A stretch of DNA of 64,000 nucleotides. Source: Squalus acanthias (lineage: Eukaryota). A program made the position numbers and the translations under genes. The stretch lies in NCBI GenBank assembly GCA_030390025.1, contig JASTWF010000031.1, positions 4,712,001 to 4,776,000 of the forward strand. The letters are read 5' to 3'. Positions 1 to 12,501 of the stretch are shown here, piece by piece. The first letter of the stretch is position 1; each line of letters starts with the position of its first letter. Under the pieces are notes generated by a model, which saw nothing but the letters and a program-made list of their open reading frames with translations, ran no database searches and was not told the DNA's origin.

Positions 1-2131
1 AGAAAGACGTGTCTGCTCGTCGAGTATTGTGAAATAATCCAGTGCTGAAACATTTTTGGATAGGGAAGTTTTCAACTGACAGCGCAAGCCCTTTACAGTG
101 AATATAAAACCTAATCAGAAACCACGGCTCAACTGATGAACTTCGATCAGATTTTAGCAATATTTCTACAGTGTACATGGAAACTTTTTTGGGGGAAAAA
201 AGGAGTAGCAACTCCTCCTGATGAGTGAAAAAAGGAACAGGCCGGCTGTTTGTGCACTGCAAGAGGCAGAGTTCCTGAGGTGCCGTTCTCGGATAAAGCT
301 ATGATTCCTGGCAAGTATGTCACCACCTCTGTCTGACTCTTCTGGCACGCACACAACATGCCACAGGGGCAGACTGTTAATCAGCGCACTTGAGATGGTT
401 TACAACAGTATAATTAAATGATGATATCAAGTCTGAGTTTCAGGGTGGACTGTAGGTGTGAGACAGTAATTTAAAGAAAATTACTGCTCCGAGTAATCAA
501 AGACTAAACTGCAAGAAACAATGAATTACAGTCAACCCCTTCATCTCTGATTAAACAGCCACGTGCAGGCAATGTGCTTTACAAAGCCAACGGGGTTATT
601 TATTTTTTTAATGAATTTGCCTCTCCCTTCCCAACTTTACATTTTTGTTTAGCTGACTCTGTGTTATGAGCCATTCCCAGGCTGTACATACTGTGGCTGT
701 GCAAGAGCAGCCTGGGATGACTCATTTACCAATTTCCCCACCCTGTGGGGACGGATGAAACCTCCATTAGATTCCTCCGCTGCGGGCAGGATTTGTTACT
801 TAAACCTGTTCCCTACAATTGTTACCATAGTCACTACGACAAGTTATCCAGCTGAAGGGCAGATTTGACCAGATCCCTTACGTAAATATAATTGAAGCAT
901 TGGCATGCAGGCAACACAAGCATTAACAGAATATGTTTGAAACCGTAATGCCTGATGTTGATGTTCCAATATGAGATGGCTCTACCTAAACACACTGTAG
1001 CTGACAGTTTCTTTTAGGTTTGATATGTCTTTTAATTACTGGAGAATATAGGTTACAAGTAAGTGCTCAAATGCAGTTTATCCGATAAGAATGTGTGCAT
1101 TTTAGTAGGATCTTTTTGTATGTTGCCTACAAACCAAATTGATTTGTTATGTGTTGGTCTGGTAGAATCACTTTTCTGAGTTCCATCACACGGAATTGAC
1201 AACTTTTCATGCCACAATCTCACTTTCCATGTTTAGTATTCACCATACCTTTTCCATGCTTCATATCTTACGGGAATCCTGACAATCTTGTACGTTTCCA
1301 GTATTCACTGGTTCTTAGTGAACTATTCTGCAGTGATGCAAGCACTCACACGGTCATTCCAAAGGGAGCCATTCATTCAGCTGTAAGCAACTTTGGAAAC
1401 TACGGGCACTAACAGAAACGCAAAGCCAATTTATAAATAAAGCACATTATCAACACACGGGAGTTCAGTGAGCTTGCTGTAGCCTTGCCAAACTGGCTTA
1501 CTAGTTTCTGAAATCGGCTCGATTCAAATTTACGTTCAGAGATATCTTTAGAAAAATAGAACTGTCAGTTCCTCTAAATGCACTGATCTCGTATGATTAG
1601 AGTAGGTAATTGTGCTGAAAATTAGAATCCAGAGTAGAAACTATCTTTCTCCACAAAGCTCTTCCTTAAACGTCAATAACAAAATATGTCTTTCCAGTGT
1701 AGCCTAGGTTAGAGGGCGATTAATATGAGATTATAGGAACTGGTTGTCTGAGCACAAGAAAAGGTAAAATCAATGCAGTGATTCGGATCCTAGCACTGGC
1801 AGAGTAAATGTGTTATGTTGCTGACCGGATCACACCACACACATGAAATGCCCACAACCCAAGAGATAAATACCTCACCTGGACTTGTTAACATAATGGT
1901 AACTGTAACCTAACCACATTGGTCAGTAGCCCATTTTTGGGAAATAACCTTTTTGAGTTGTGTTTAGTCAGGCAACTAATTCCACTGTTTTGGCTCCCAC
2001 CCAGTCAAACATTCAAGAAGTATTCGTTCCTAGTTTGAATCTTCTTATGTTACTTTGGTCCTAGTAAATGTTTAATTTGAGGGAATATGTGTGCAATGAG
2101 AACGGAAATGAGTTTTTGGTCATTCGCTTCT

Positions 2132-2148
2132 ACACACACACACACACA

Positions 2149-2188
<40 letters not shown>
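2132..2188. repeat. (CA)n microsatellite with one interruption
   Basis: Direct reading. Confidence 0.95.
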
Positions 2189-2190
<2 letters not shown>

Positions 2191-2548
2191 TTTTCTTCAG
2201 AAGAAAGGAAAATACAATTCCAGGCCACAGAATTTCCATACATTCTGTTAATGCTGCTCCGCAGACAATACGTTCAAACATGCCCTTGCATAGGATGTGA
2301 ATGGAGCTGTTTTTCCACCCAGATAGTTTTCTTTCTATCGCCTGGGCTGACCAGCCAGAATTGGCAAATTCATCCCGTGGCAAGCCTGAGGCCAGAGGTC
2401 AGTCAAGAATAGGATTTGAACTCTGGCCTCCCAGTTCTATCACTTTAGCACTGTAAATACTTACAGGCTCATTTTACTTAGGAGAGAAAAGACCTTCATC
2501 CCTTCTTGCCAAGATCCCAGAGGTGAACGAACAGTATTTGGGAAGCTA

Positions 2549-2713
2549 ATACAAAAAGAAAATACTGCAGATGTTGGAAATCTGAAATAAAAACAGAAAA
2601 TGCTGGAGACACTCAGCAGGTCAGGCAGCATCTGTGAAGAGAGAAACTTCTCTCTCTTCACAGATGCTGCCTGACCTGCTGAGTGGCTCCAGCATTTTCT
2701 GTTTTTATTTCAG
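2549..2713 (-). mobile_element. Short Penelope-like fold-back insertion (family A), no ribozyme retained
   Basis: Arms 2582-2644 and 2651-2713, 6-nt loop AACTTC, unpaired 33-nt tail 2549-2581, 17-nt TSD CAGTATTTGGGAAGCTA at 2532-2548 and 2711-2727. Penelope assignment rests on architecture and recalled similarity to shark repeats. Confidence 0.7.
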
Positions 2714-4164
2714 TATTTGGGAAGCTACCCAGTTTACCATTAGCCTACTTTTGAGAACATTCAAACTGAGGTCCCAGAAGTGAGAAGACAGGGCTTAGTA
2801 TGCCAGACAGTCAGAGAGAGGTGACCCTTATACCCTCTGTTTGGGCTGAATTCAAACTAAGGTTGCAGAGATGACCGTAGTGCTTTAACCCACTGTATTT
2901 CTGCCATGAGACAGAAGAAAAACTATCCTGAGAAGGAGAAAGAGCTTCATTTCCATCCCACTTTTAAGTGAGTGTAACTCTAAGTGTACAGTAAATGTTT
3001 GGACGTGGGGGGGGGGGGGGGGGGCGGGGGGGGAGGGGGGGATGTGCAGCAATGGCTGGTAACATTTTATTAGTCAGCATTGCAAAAACTCTAAGATTTT
3101 TTAAATGTTTCTGCTTTTGGTTGAAAGGTGTTGCTGCTGGGTTTCCAACATGCACTAGCTGTGAAAGATATGCCTCTTTCTCTGAGTTATTGACCAAACT
3201 TCTCTATTCTTTCCTTTTATTAGAATGAACTAACACTAAACCTGGCTGCTTCACAGAGTGGCAGACACATACATCAATCACCAGGTATGTCATAAAGATG
3301 GAAAATAACTCCTAACAACACATACATAAGTGTGATTAACGATTTGTGAGAAGACAGTTCTCTAATAATACAACGTCTGTGAATTTCTCGTGTTAAACTT
3401 CGCTGATTCGAAGATAAGTTTTGACCCTCTGTGTGATTTTTTAAAAATGAACAATTTGCAAACAGACCTGTAAAGGGGAGATCGCTCTGTTAGGTACTGC
3501 AGAATCAAAAAACCATAGAAGTTTACAGCATTCAGTCCATCATGTCTGTGCCAGCTCTTTACTGGCACAATCCAAAAGTAATCCCATTGCCCTGTATCCT
3601 CCTCTGCTTCAAGTGTCTATCCACTTTTACAATTCTTCCTTGATCTGATCTCTTAACCATTAAAGTCACACTAGCCTAAAAAGTGTTGTTGTGATATTAG
3701 TGGATGAATGCTGAATGTGTTTGTATGACAGTCCTCTGTCTGCCATTTTAGCGCAGGCATTGACCTCTTATTTGAAATGAGTTAGCATCTCCACTGAAAT
3801 AGTGGACAAAGATAATCAGATCAACAAGCTCAAGAGTCCACCTACTAATATCACAAGCAGTCATTTAAAGGCCTGTCGCCTTCATAAAAAGAGTTTTTTT
3901 TATTTGGGGAAACAGGAGTGCCAGAAGACCCATGTGTCACTTCATCATAATGGCCTTGTGCCCCAGCAGCGAGATATATTTCAACACAATTTGCCTCACT
4001 GCATCAAGACAGGAAATTGTTCACCAAACAATTTTCAATGAAGGTGCTGCCCCTTTAAAGTAAAAGTAATTGTTCTGCTACCCCTATAGTAATTGGGTTT
4101 ATTCACCAAAACAAAGGTTAATATTTCCTTCATAGGTAGGATGAAATGAACAGCACAAGTAGAA

Positions 4165-5503
4165 GGGAAAATTTTAACTCCTAGGCGAGAGGCCCAGCCG
4201 GGAGAGGCGAGAGGGAGGCCCAGCCGGGAGAGGCGAGAGGGAGGCCCAGCCGGGAGAGGCGAGAGGGAGGCCCAGCCGGGAGAGGTGGAGGGAGGCCCGG
4301 CCGGGAGAGGCGGGAGGGAGGCCCGGCCGGGAGAGGCGGGAGGGAGGCCCGGCCGGGAGAGGCGGGAGGGAGGCCCGGCCGGGAGAGGCCGGAGGGAAGC
4401 CCGGCTGGGAGAGGCGGGAGGGAGGCCCGGCCGGGAGAGGTGGGAGGGAGGCCCGGCCGAGAGAGGCGGGAGGGAGGCCCGGCCGGGAGAGGTGGGAGGG
4501 AGGCCCGGCCGGGAGAGGCGGGAGGGAGGCCCGGCCGAGAGAGGCGGGAGGGAGGCCCGGCCGGGAGAGGTGGAGGGAGGCCCGGCCGGGAGAGGCGGGA
4601 GGGAGGCCCGGCCAGGGGAGGTGTGAGGGAGGCCCGGCCAGGAGAGGCGGGAGGGAGGCCCGGCCGGGAGAGGCGGGAGGGAGGCCCGGCTGGGAGAGGT
4701 GAGAGGGAGGCCCGGCCGGGAGAGGCGGGAGGGAGGCCCGGCCGGGAGAGGTGGAGGGAGGCCCGGCCGGGAGAGGCCGGAGGGAGGCCCGGCCGGGAGA
4801 GGTGGAGGGAGGCCCAGCCGGGAGAGGTGGGAGGGAGGCCCGGCCGGGAGAGGCGGGAGGGAGGCCCGGCCAGGGGAGGTGGGAGGGAGGCCCGGCCGGG
4901 AGAGGCGGGAGGGAGGCCCGGCCGGGAGAGGTGGAGGGAGGCCCTGCCGGGAGAGGCGAGCAGGAGGCCTGGTCAATTCTAACAGCCAGGCTTGGTTTAC
5001 GTCCCGCCAGCCAGCTACTCACCCAAAAACGGGCGCAAAAAGGCAGCTGGCAGTTGAAGATCGAACGGGCACTCAGGTAATTCATGGGGTGGGCGGTTTT
5101 GGCGGGGTCTCTGGGGTGGGAAGGGGATACAATGCAGGGCAGTAGAGGCCCAGACTTTCCTCGTCAGGCCCGGAGGAGCACACTCCTGCTCTCCCTGGCC
5201 CCACAAAGGCAAGTTTCAAACTTACCTTGCAGGACCTCGTCTTGATTCAGGCCAGGTTTCACTGAGCAGGGCAGCCACGGTGGGAGCCCCACTCAGTCCA
5301 CAGTTCAAAAGTCATTGGGGGTCCTGTGTACGTCATAGGACCCCGATTTGCATAAACGTATGCAGAGTCCGCCTGGTTTAGGCGGGTGCCTTGGCCTCAG
5401 AGAAAATTGCGACAGGTTGGAAATGGGGCGGGAAATTGACCCATTCCATTCTAACCCCAGCTCCTCCTGGTTTATGCCGGGCTGAGGGAATGAAAATTCC
5501 CCC
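4165..5503. mobile_element. GC-rich non-autonomous DNA-transposon-like element containing an expanded minisatellite
   Basis: Ends GGGAAAATTTT...AAAATTCCCCC. Internal motifs (TGTACGTCATAGGACCCC..TTTGCAT; GGCCCCACAAA...CTTACCTT) are shared with the element at about 43980-44545. Confidence 0.55.
4183..4960. repeat. GC-rich minisatellite, about 30 copies of a 25-27 nt unit (GGGAGGCCCGGCCGGGAGAGGCGGGA)
   Basis: Direct reading; accounts for all the long low-complexity ORFs at 4035-5145. Confidence 0.97.
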
Positions 5504-6286
5504 TCTCGTCACTACACTGTGCCTGCTTTGAGATCGAGTTTGAGTGCACAGAACTTTACATATGCACAGCAGGCCACGGTAGTTTTACTGTTTATTCCAA
5601 TCATGTCTGTAGTGTGGGTGGCCTCGCTGGAGATGTATTCTGCACGTGCCTTCGACTGTGTGCTTATTGGGTACCAATTTAACCAACCTCAGCTGTCGCT
5701 CTATGGATTTGCAGCAGGCTCTCACAGAATGGAAAATTCTGAAAGTCAGACACACCAGATTCACTCACTTCACCAGTTCTGCCTGAACAAGGTTCCTCCT
5801 CGCACTACACATTTTTAACTCTAGCACAGGATTCCATTCTGCACTTAACGCTCTAAGTTAACAACACACGGAATATAAACCCTACATATATAGCAGGCTG
5901 GATGCTCACTTTTCCAAATGGGACTTCACATCTGTTTGCGACGACAGTTGAGGGTAGTGTGTTAGCACATTCCCAGAGTTCCACCTTTGAACTCTGTGCT
6001 TTGTATTTAAGTAGCTGGAAATGGCAGTATGGGCAGCAGAGTGTCATCATTCACTGATCACAACCTCTGCACAATCCCTCCGTCTGACACTGCAGAGCCA
6101 CTCACTCACTCTTCACCTCGCACCTGCTTGTTCTTCTATTGCCGCTCATCTTCAAACAGCTGCTTTCTTCTCCATTGCCACTTACCCCCTCACTCCTACC
6201 CCCCTCCCCCCCCACCCCCCCGCCAAAAACAAACTACCTACCACCACTCAGCCGCTTGACCCTGTTCTCCTTCAGCTGGGTAGGTA

Positions 6287-6675
6287 AGAACAATAAGAGA
6301 TAGGAGCAGGAGTAGGCCATTCGGCCCTTCGAGCCTGCTCCGCCATTCAATAAGATCATGGCTGATCTTCAACCTCAACTCCACTTTCCTGCATTATCCC
6401 CATATCCCTTGATTCCCTTAGTATCCAAAAATCTATCGATCTCTGTCTTGATCATACTCAACGATTGAGCATCCACAGCCCTCTGGGGTAGAGAATTCAG
6501 CCTTTGAGTGAAGAAATTTCTCCTCATCTCAGTCCTAAATGGCCGACCCCTTATTCTAAGACTGTGACCCCTAATTCTAGACTCCCCAGCCAGGGGAAAC
6601 ATCCTCCCAGCATCTACCCTGTCAAGCCCTGTAAGAATTTTATACGTTTCAATGAGATCACCTCTCGTTCTTCTA
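6287..6675 (-). mobile_element. CR1/HER1-type LINE 3' fragment
   Basis: ORF2 C-terminus (MFPLAGESRIRGHSLRIRG...RRNFFTQR) plus the 3' UTR motif GGGCCGAATGGCCTACTCCTGCTCCT on the minus strand. Confidence 0.9.
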
Positions 6676-7179
6676 AGCAGGTAGATGGGCAGTGCTGGAG
6701 CTGATTTCTATGCAATTGCAAAAAAAAAGCTCTCCACATGTTCAGTTGACAGGATGTATCTAAGTTTGTTTGGCAAAGTAAATAATTTAATGGAACTGGA
6801 GTCTTATCAACACCATCTACAGTCATTATTCTGAGTAACCACACAAAGTAACTAATGTGGGCAGGAGCTAGCCTCACCTTCAGCCCACGCTGACTTTCAT
6901 TTTTATTTTCTGATGGGTTTCATTTTATTTGATTTTGTTCCAGGTAGCCTTTCAGATACAATTGGAATAAAACTGCGAAATCAGATAGTAACCAAAGTTT
7001 AGAGTTAGAGAATCGATTTTCCGGGATACTGTAAATCTGGAGCAGCCTCGAATAAAACTGTCCACTTGCCAGTTCGTGGTACAAAACCACGATACATTGA
7101 CTTTGGCCGCACTCATTTACATCCTTTGCGGTGAGTATTTTTTTTTATAAAGGTATGTTCCCAGTACCATCTCAAATAT

Positions 7180-7617
7180 CAGCCTGTTTACCATAGTGGT
7201 AGCACTCGCCTCTGAGTCAGAAGGTCGTGGGTTCAATTCTCACTCCAGAGACTTTAGCAAAAAAAATCTAGGCTGACCTTCCAAGACAGTACTGAGGGAG
7301 TGCTGCACTGTCTTTTGGATGCGGTGCCGTCTTTCGGATGAGACATTAAATCGAGGCCCCGTCTGCCCTCTCAGGTGGATGTAAAATATCCCACAGCACT
7401 TTTTCAAAGAAGAGCAGGGGAGTTCTCCCCAGCGTCCTGGCCAACATTTATCCCTCAACCAACATCATTAAAACAGATTATCCGGTCATTATCTCATTGC
7501 TGTTTGTTGGAGCTTGCTGTGCGCAAATTGGCGTTTCCTACATTACAGCAGTGACTACACTTCAAAAGTACTTCACTGGATGTAAAGCGCTTTAGGATTT
7601 CCTGAGGTCATGAAAGG
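7180..7617 (+). mobile_element. tRNA-headed Deu-domain SINE (SacSINE1-like), cut by the assembly gap
   Basis: tRNA-like head with B box GGTTCAATT, central block GAGGCCCCGTCTGCCCTCTCAGGTGGA...CCTGGCCAACATTTATCCCTCAACC, L2-like tail. Homologous to copies at 11.3 and 30.1 kb. Confidence 0.8.
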
Positions 7618-7800
7618 NNNNNNNNNNNNNNNNNNNNNNNNNNNNNNNNNNNNNNNNNNNNNNNNNNNNNNNNNNNNNNNNNNNNNNNNNNNNNNNNNNN
7701 NNNNNNNNNNNNNNNNNNNNNNNNNNNNNNNNNNNNNNNNNNNNNNNNNNNNNNNNNNNNNNNNNNNNNNNNNNNNNNNNNNNNNNNNNNNNNNNNNNNN
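7618..7800. other. Assembly gap (183 N)
   Basis: Run of N. Confidence 1.
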
Positions 7801-8574
7801 TATTACCTATACCAAGGCAGAGCAGTGTTGCATGAGGTCAAGCAGGGCAATCAGATCCAAACTATTGGTGCTATTGGCTTTCAGCATTGTTGACTTGCTG
7901 AAAATAGCTCCGATGATATGAAAATATGCTCAGCTCATGATATTTAACTGCCCTGTAACCATGTTCAGACCTCAAATGTGTAAAGGGCCCTGATAAAGGG
8001 TGCATGTGCCTTTGGAGGTACTGCTTTACTCCAAGCTGAGAAGAAAGCACAAGTAGTAACAGCAATTGGATCTAATCAAAATATCGGAGAAGGAACCCTG
8101 AAATCGGATTTGTAGAATATGGCTCAAATGGTGCGACGTTTTAATTCCTGTCTCGATAGGAGTAGAGTGTAATGTAATCGCTGTTATGAGTTGCAAGGTA
8201 TGTGGCTTTCTGGCCTGTTTCATAATAAGACCACTGTCCTGTGCCAAAATACCCTGCCTGTTCTTTGAATTTCCATAACTGCACACTGTTTTTATTTTTG
8301 CTTTGGGGATAATATTTAAAACTTCTCTCCCCCAGTTAAAATGTAATCAATACAGGCTAGAAATTATTTTTGGCAGTATTAGCGGACAGTGCATCTGCAT
8401 GATATTCCTCTGTCCACCATCTTAAAGTATCTGTTGACCTATTTAAAACAAGCAGGTTCACATCTCTGTTAAAATAATGAACAGAGAAATGCCACATAAA
8501 TATCTTAATTGTTTGTCCACTCGGTTGGCAATAATTATTTCTAGCTTTTATCTTTTTCAAACCAAAGCACAAAA

Positions 8575-9630
8575 TCACAAGATACACAAAGATGAGGAAG
8601 GCCATTTGGCCTATTGAAGCTCATCTATCCAGAAAGACTCCCTATCATAGCATCCAACTGTTTCTTAAAAGATTCCAGGGTTTTCCACTTTACTGCCCAA
8701 CACAGAAGTCCATTCCATGTGTTGACCACTCTTTGCAGGAAAAGGAAATTCCTAAGTGAATCAAGGGATATGGGGATAGTGCAGCAAGGTGGAGTTGAGG
8801 TAGAAGATCAGCCATGATCTTATTGAATGGCGGAGCAGGTTTGAAGGGCTGAATGGCCTACTCCTGCTCCTATTTCTTATGTTCTTATAGAAACATAGAA
8901 ACATGGAGCAGAAGTAGGCCATTCGGCCCGTCGAGCCTGCTCCACCATTCAATACGATCATGGCTGATCATCCAAATCCAGTACCCTGTCCCTGCTTTCT
9001 CACACAGAATCCCCATTGAGCCTGCACCGACACATATCCCACCCTATCCCCGTAACCCCACGTATTTAATTCCCCCTAACATATCCCATCCTATCCCCAT
9101 AACCCCACATATTTAATCCCCCCCTAACACTAAGGGTCAATTTATCATAGCCAAATCAACCTAACCCACACATTTTTGGACTGTGGGAGGAAACCGGAGC
9201 ACCCGGAGGAAACCCACGCAGACACGGGGAGAATGTGCAAACTCCACACAGACAGTCACCCAAGGCCAGATTCGAACCCGGGTCCCTGGTGCTGTGAGGC
9301 ACCAGTGCTAACCACTATGCCACCATGTTGCTCTATGTTCCTAACTGGTTTGAATTTGTGTCCCCTTGTCCTAATGTCATGCTTTAGTTTGAACTATTTT
9401 TTTCCATACCATTTATTATCTTATATACCTTTAAGGTCACTTCCTTTAAAGTCTAAAATGCCCAAGTTTCTCCTGTCTTTCCTCATGACTCAGTCCTGTG
9501 ACACTGGAGATCAGTCTCCGGACTCTTCTCTGTATTGCCTCCAGCACTTAATTGTCTCCCTGTCTCGGTGACCAGAACTGTATGCAAATACACAAGGTGT
9601 GATTGGAGCAGAGCACTATACAGTTCCAGA
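8575..9630. mobile_element. Nested repeat cluster: old CR1-like fragment (-) interrupted by tail-to-tail CR1 3' ends (about 8760-8995) and an HE1-type SINE
   Basis: CR1 tail motifs in both orientations meet near 8885; degenerate CR1 ORF2-like sequence resumes at about 9335-9625. Confidence 0.65.
9110..9328 (-). mobile_element. HE1-type V-SINE of sharks and rays
   Basis: V-domain GGACTGTGGGAGGAAACCGGAGCACCCGGAGGAAACCCACGCAGACACGGGGAGAATGTGCAAACTCCACACAGAC and a tRNA head (B box GGTTCGAATC on the minus strand). Confidence 0.88.
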
Positions 9631-10879
9631 AAACTTTGTTGTTGTTTGGAGACAGATCGGGTCAGGCTAGGAGTACAGACAAGGAAAACATTCCACTTGG
9701 TCCTCTCTCTTTGGAGGATTTTATTGTGAGACTTTAATGTGTGCTCTTTTCCTCTCTCCCCCCCCAAACCCTTCAGATTTTGTTTCCTTTATTTCCTATT
9801 GGAGCTACTTGCTGTCAGGACAGTGAATGGTCCGATGATCCATATACAGCTCACTTCTCCATGACCACTGTTCTGTGAGCAGTTGACAAGAAGCTTTGTC
9901 AATTTTCATCTCCCTCTTAGGATCTGATCTATCAACCTGGTTAAGAAAACTCACTTGGAACAGTGGCAGAGAGATTCAAATAACAGGCAACCTACGAATT
10001 TTAATCAACATCCAGTTAATATGAAAGCAGGTGTTCCGTGTTAAGGACCACGTCAGAGGCCATTTATTTGATTTTCTTTGTTCCCATTTCCATGAAATTA
10101 GAAGCCACGTTACAATACTTTGTGATTTTTATGTTCATAATGTTACAAAAAAAAGGTTGAATGGGATGAATCTGGCAGCACTCTGCCTCCTCACAAAGGT
10201 GTGCCTCAGTGTGTTTTCTTTGGTTTATAGGAAAAGATTTTTCCTTTTTCTATTTTGGGTTTGTATTGCTCCACTAAAGGAATGCTGTGTGTTTGTTTTT
10301 TTTACGTAAAAAGGAATTGGTCTGATCTCCACCTTCTATTCTAATTGTTTTGACTGGAAGCGCACTAAAGTGGGTGTGTTTGTCGTTAAGTAAAAATGCA
10401 TGCGTGGGAGTATGTTACTGGCAGTATGAGAACAGCAGCATGGACAGGGCATGAGTCGTCAAGCAAGCATTCCATCACAAATATATCTCGAGATCAACAG
10501 TCGCACTGTCCCATTAAGTCTATTAATGCTGCTTAGCTTATCCCTTCAGGAAATTTTGAATTTTATAATTGTGAAGAGGTATTTGCATCATGGGTACTGA
10601 GCCTTCATAAGAGCCTGTACATGAAGACAGGCTAAAGGCGGGGATTATATAATAACTAACCACCAGTAGTCGTTAGGTCTCTTACATTACGACTACTTTT
10701 CAGCTTCGTTCGAAATATGCAGTGATGTGTTGCATGCACACTGATGTCGTCTGTGTCATTAAAGCATCACAGCACTTGCAAATGACATCATAAATATGCA
10801 GCACAAGTGGCAATGGCATGTAATTTGTCCAGCAATATGCAAAAACCAAGAATTTATTCTATCAGGTCCAAAATGATGG

Positions 10880-11111
10880 CAAATCCTCTTTAAGCTGCGC
10901 GCACTGCAGCTGTACAAGTTGGTTATAAAATAGTCTTAGGTCAGAAGCAATGTTCCCGCGAATTGTTTTTTGGGTGCGCGGCCCCTTTAACAGGCTGCGT
11001 GACTCATTCAAATTATCGCGTATGCGCGGTTTTTGCCTTTTAAAAGCCGGAGAGCGGCCTGCGCGGGACCTCCAGACCACTGCGCGGCCACGCAGCTTAA
11101 CGGGAGCATTG
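10880..11111. mobile_element. Possible hAT-like MITE
   Basis: CpG-rich patch bounded by imperfect inverted ends CAAATCCTCTTTAAGCTGCGCG / CACGCAGCTTAACGGGAGCATTG. No 8-bp TSD seen. Confidence 0.4.
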
Positions 11112-11305
11112 GTCAGGAGTGGTTTATTATTTGGGAGACTGCAGATTCCAAGTTGTATCCTTGGATTAGGAGGAGGTAAACAAGATGCTTCTACTTTGAG
11201 TTCTAGATTACCAAACTAAATGGAAGGAGCTGATTTTGTTGACATTCTCTGGTTGGATGAGACACCTGTTCATCTACACTGCCTGGGTCGTACACCCTCA
11301 GTTTA

Positions 11306-11766
11306 AAAAGAAAGAAAGACTTGCATTTATATAGCGCCTTTCATGACCACCGGACGTCCCAAAGCGCTTTACAGGGAATGAAGTACTTTTTGAAGTGTAG
11401 GCACTGTTGTAATGTAGGAAACACGGCAACCAATTTGCGCACAGCAAGCACCCACAAACAGCAATGTGATAATGACCAGATAATCTGTTTTTAGAGGGAT
11501 AAATATTGGCTAGAACACCGGGGATAACACCCCTGCTCTTCTTCGAAATAGAGCCATGAGATCTTTTATGTCCACCTGAGAGAGCAGATGGGGCCTCGGT
11601 TTAACATCTCATCCCAAAGACGGCATCTCCGACAGTGCAGCACACCCTCAGCACTGCAGGGGAGTGTCAGCCTAGATTTTTGTGCTCAAGTCTCTGGAGT
11701 GGGACTTGAACCCACAACCTTCTGACTCAGAGGAGAGAGTGCTACCCACTGAGCCACAGCTGACAC
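11306..11766 (-). mobile_element. Full-length Deu-domain SINE (SacSINE1-like)
   Basis: Reverse complement of the 7180 copy, with intact tail GGCGCTATATAAATGCAAGTCTTTCTTTC. Confidence 0.85.
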
Positions 11767-12076
11767 ACCTTATGTCTCAGTTTTGACATCACTTTTTATA
11801 CGATTTGTCATTTTCACAAAGACATTTATGAAAATACTTTGCTAATTTCTAGATGGAAATTCCAATTTAAAACAAAGGGAGACAATTTCCTTCTGTTGAT
11901 TCATTTAAATGAAAAATCCATGTCAGTACAAAAGAGAAAAAAAACCTCTTTCATTCCTAAAGTGTTTTGTTTTAATGTGCTAAAATGCAGCTTTCTGCAG
12001 TGTGCACAAATGACTATGCCTCGATATAACAGAAACAATCAATAATATGATGAGTTATTTTGTTTTGAGCTGCAAA

Positions 12077-12501
12077 ATCATAGAATCATAGAATGGTTAC
12101 AGCGCAGAAGGAGGCCATTCGGCCCGTCGAGCCCATGCCGGCTCTCTGCAAGAGCACTTCAGCTGGTCCCACTCCCTGGCCCTTTCCCCGTAGCCCTGTA
12201 AAAAAATTTCCTTCAGGTACTTATCCAATTCCCTTTTGAAAGCCACAATTGAATCTGCCTCCACCACCCTTTCAGGCAGTGCATTCCAGATCCTAACCAC
12301 ATGCTGACGAAAAAAGTTTCCCCTCATGTCGCCTTTGGTTCTTTTGCCAATCACCTTAAATCTGTGTCCTCTGGTTTTCGACCCTTCCGCCAATGGGAAC
12401 AGTTTCTCTCTATCTACTCTGTCTAGACCCCTCATGATTTTGAACACCTCTATCAAATCTCCTCTCAACCTTCTCTGCTCTAAGGAGAACAACCCCAGCT
12501 T
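12077..12501 (-). mobile_element. CR1-type LINE 3' fragment
   Basis: FSLEQRRLRGDLIEVFKIMRGLDRVDREKLFP...VVRIWNALP and an ATTCTATG tail repeat. Confidence 0.93.

Noticed and set aside
4035-5145. Long Pro-rich and Gly/Arg-rich ORFs (up to 313 aa)
   Set aside because: They are stop-free translations of the GC-rich minisatellite, open in several frames on both strands.
7190-7260. tRNA genes at SINE heads (also about 9260-9325 and 11695-11765)
   Set aside because: They are tRNA-derived SINE promoters fused to SINE bodies; no complete cloverleaf is evident.
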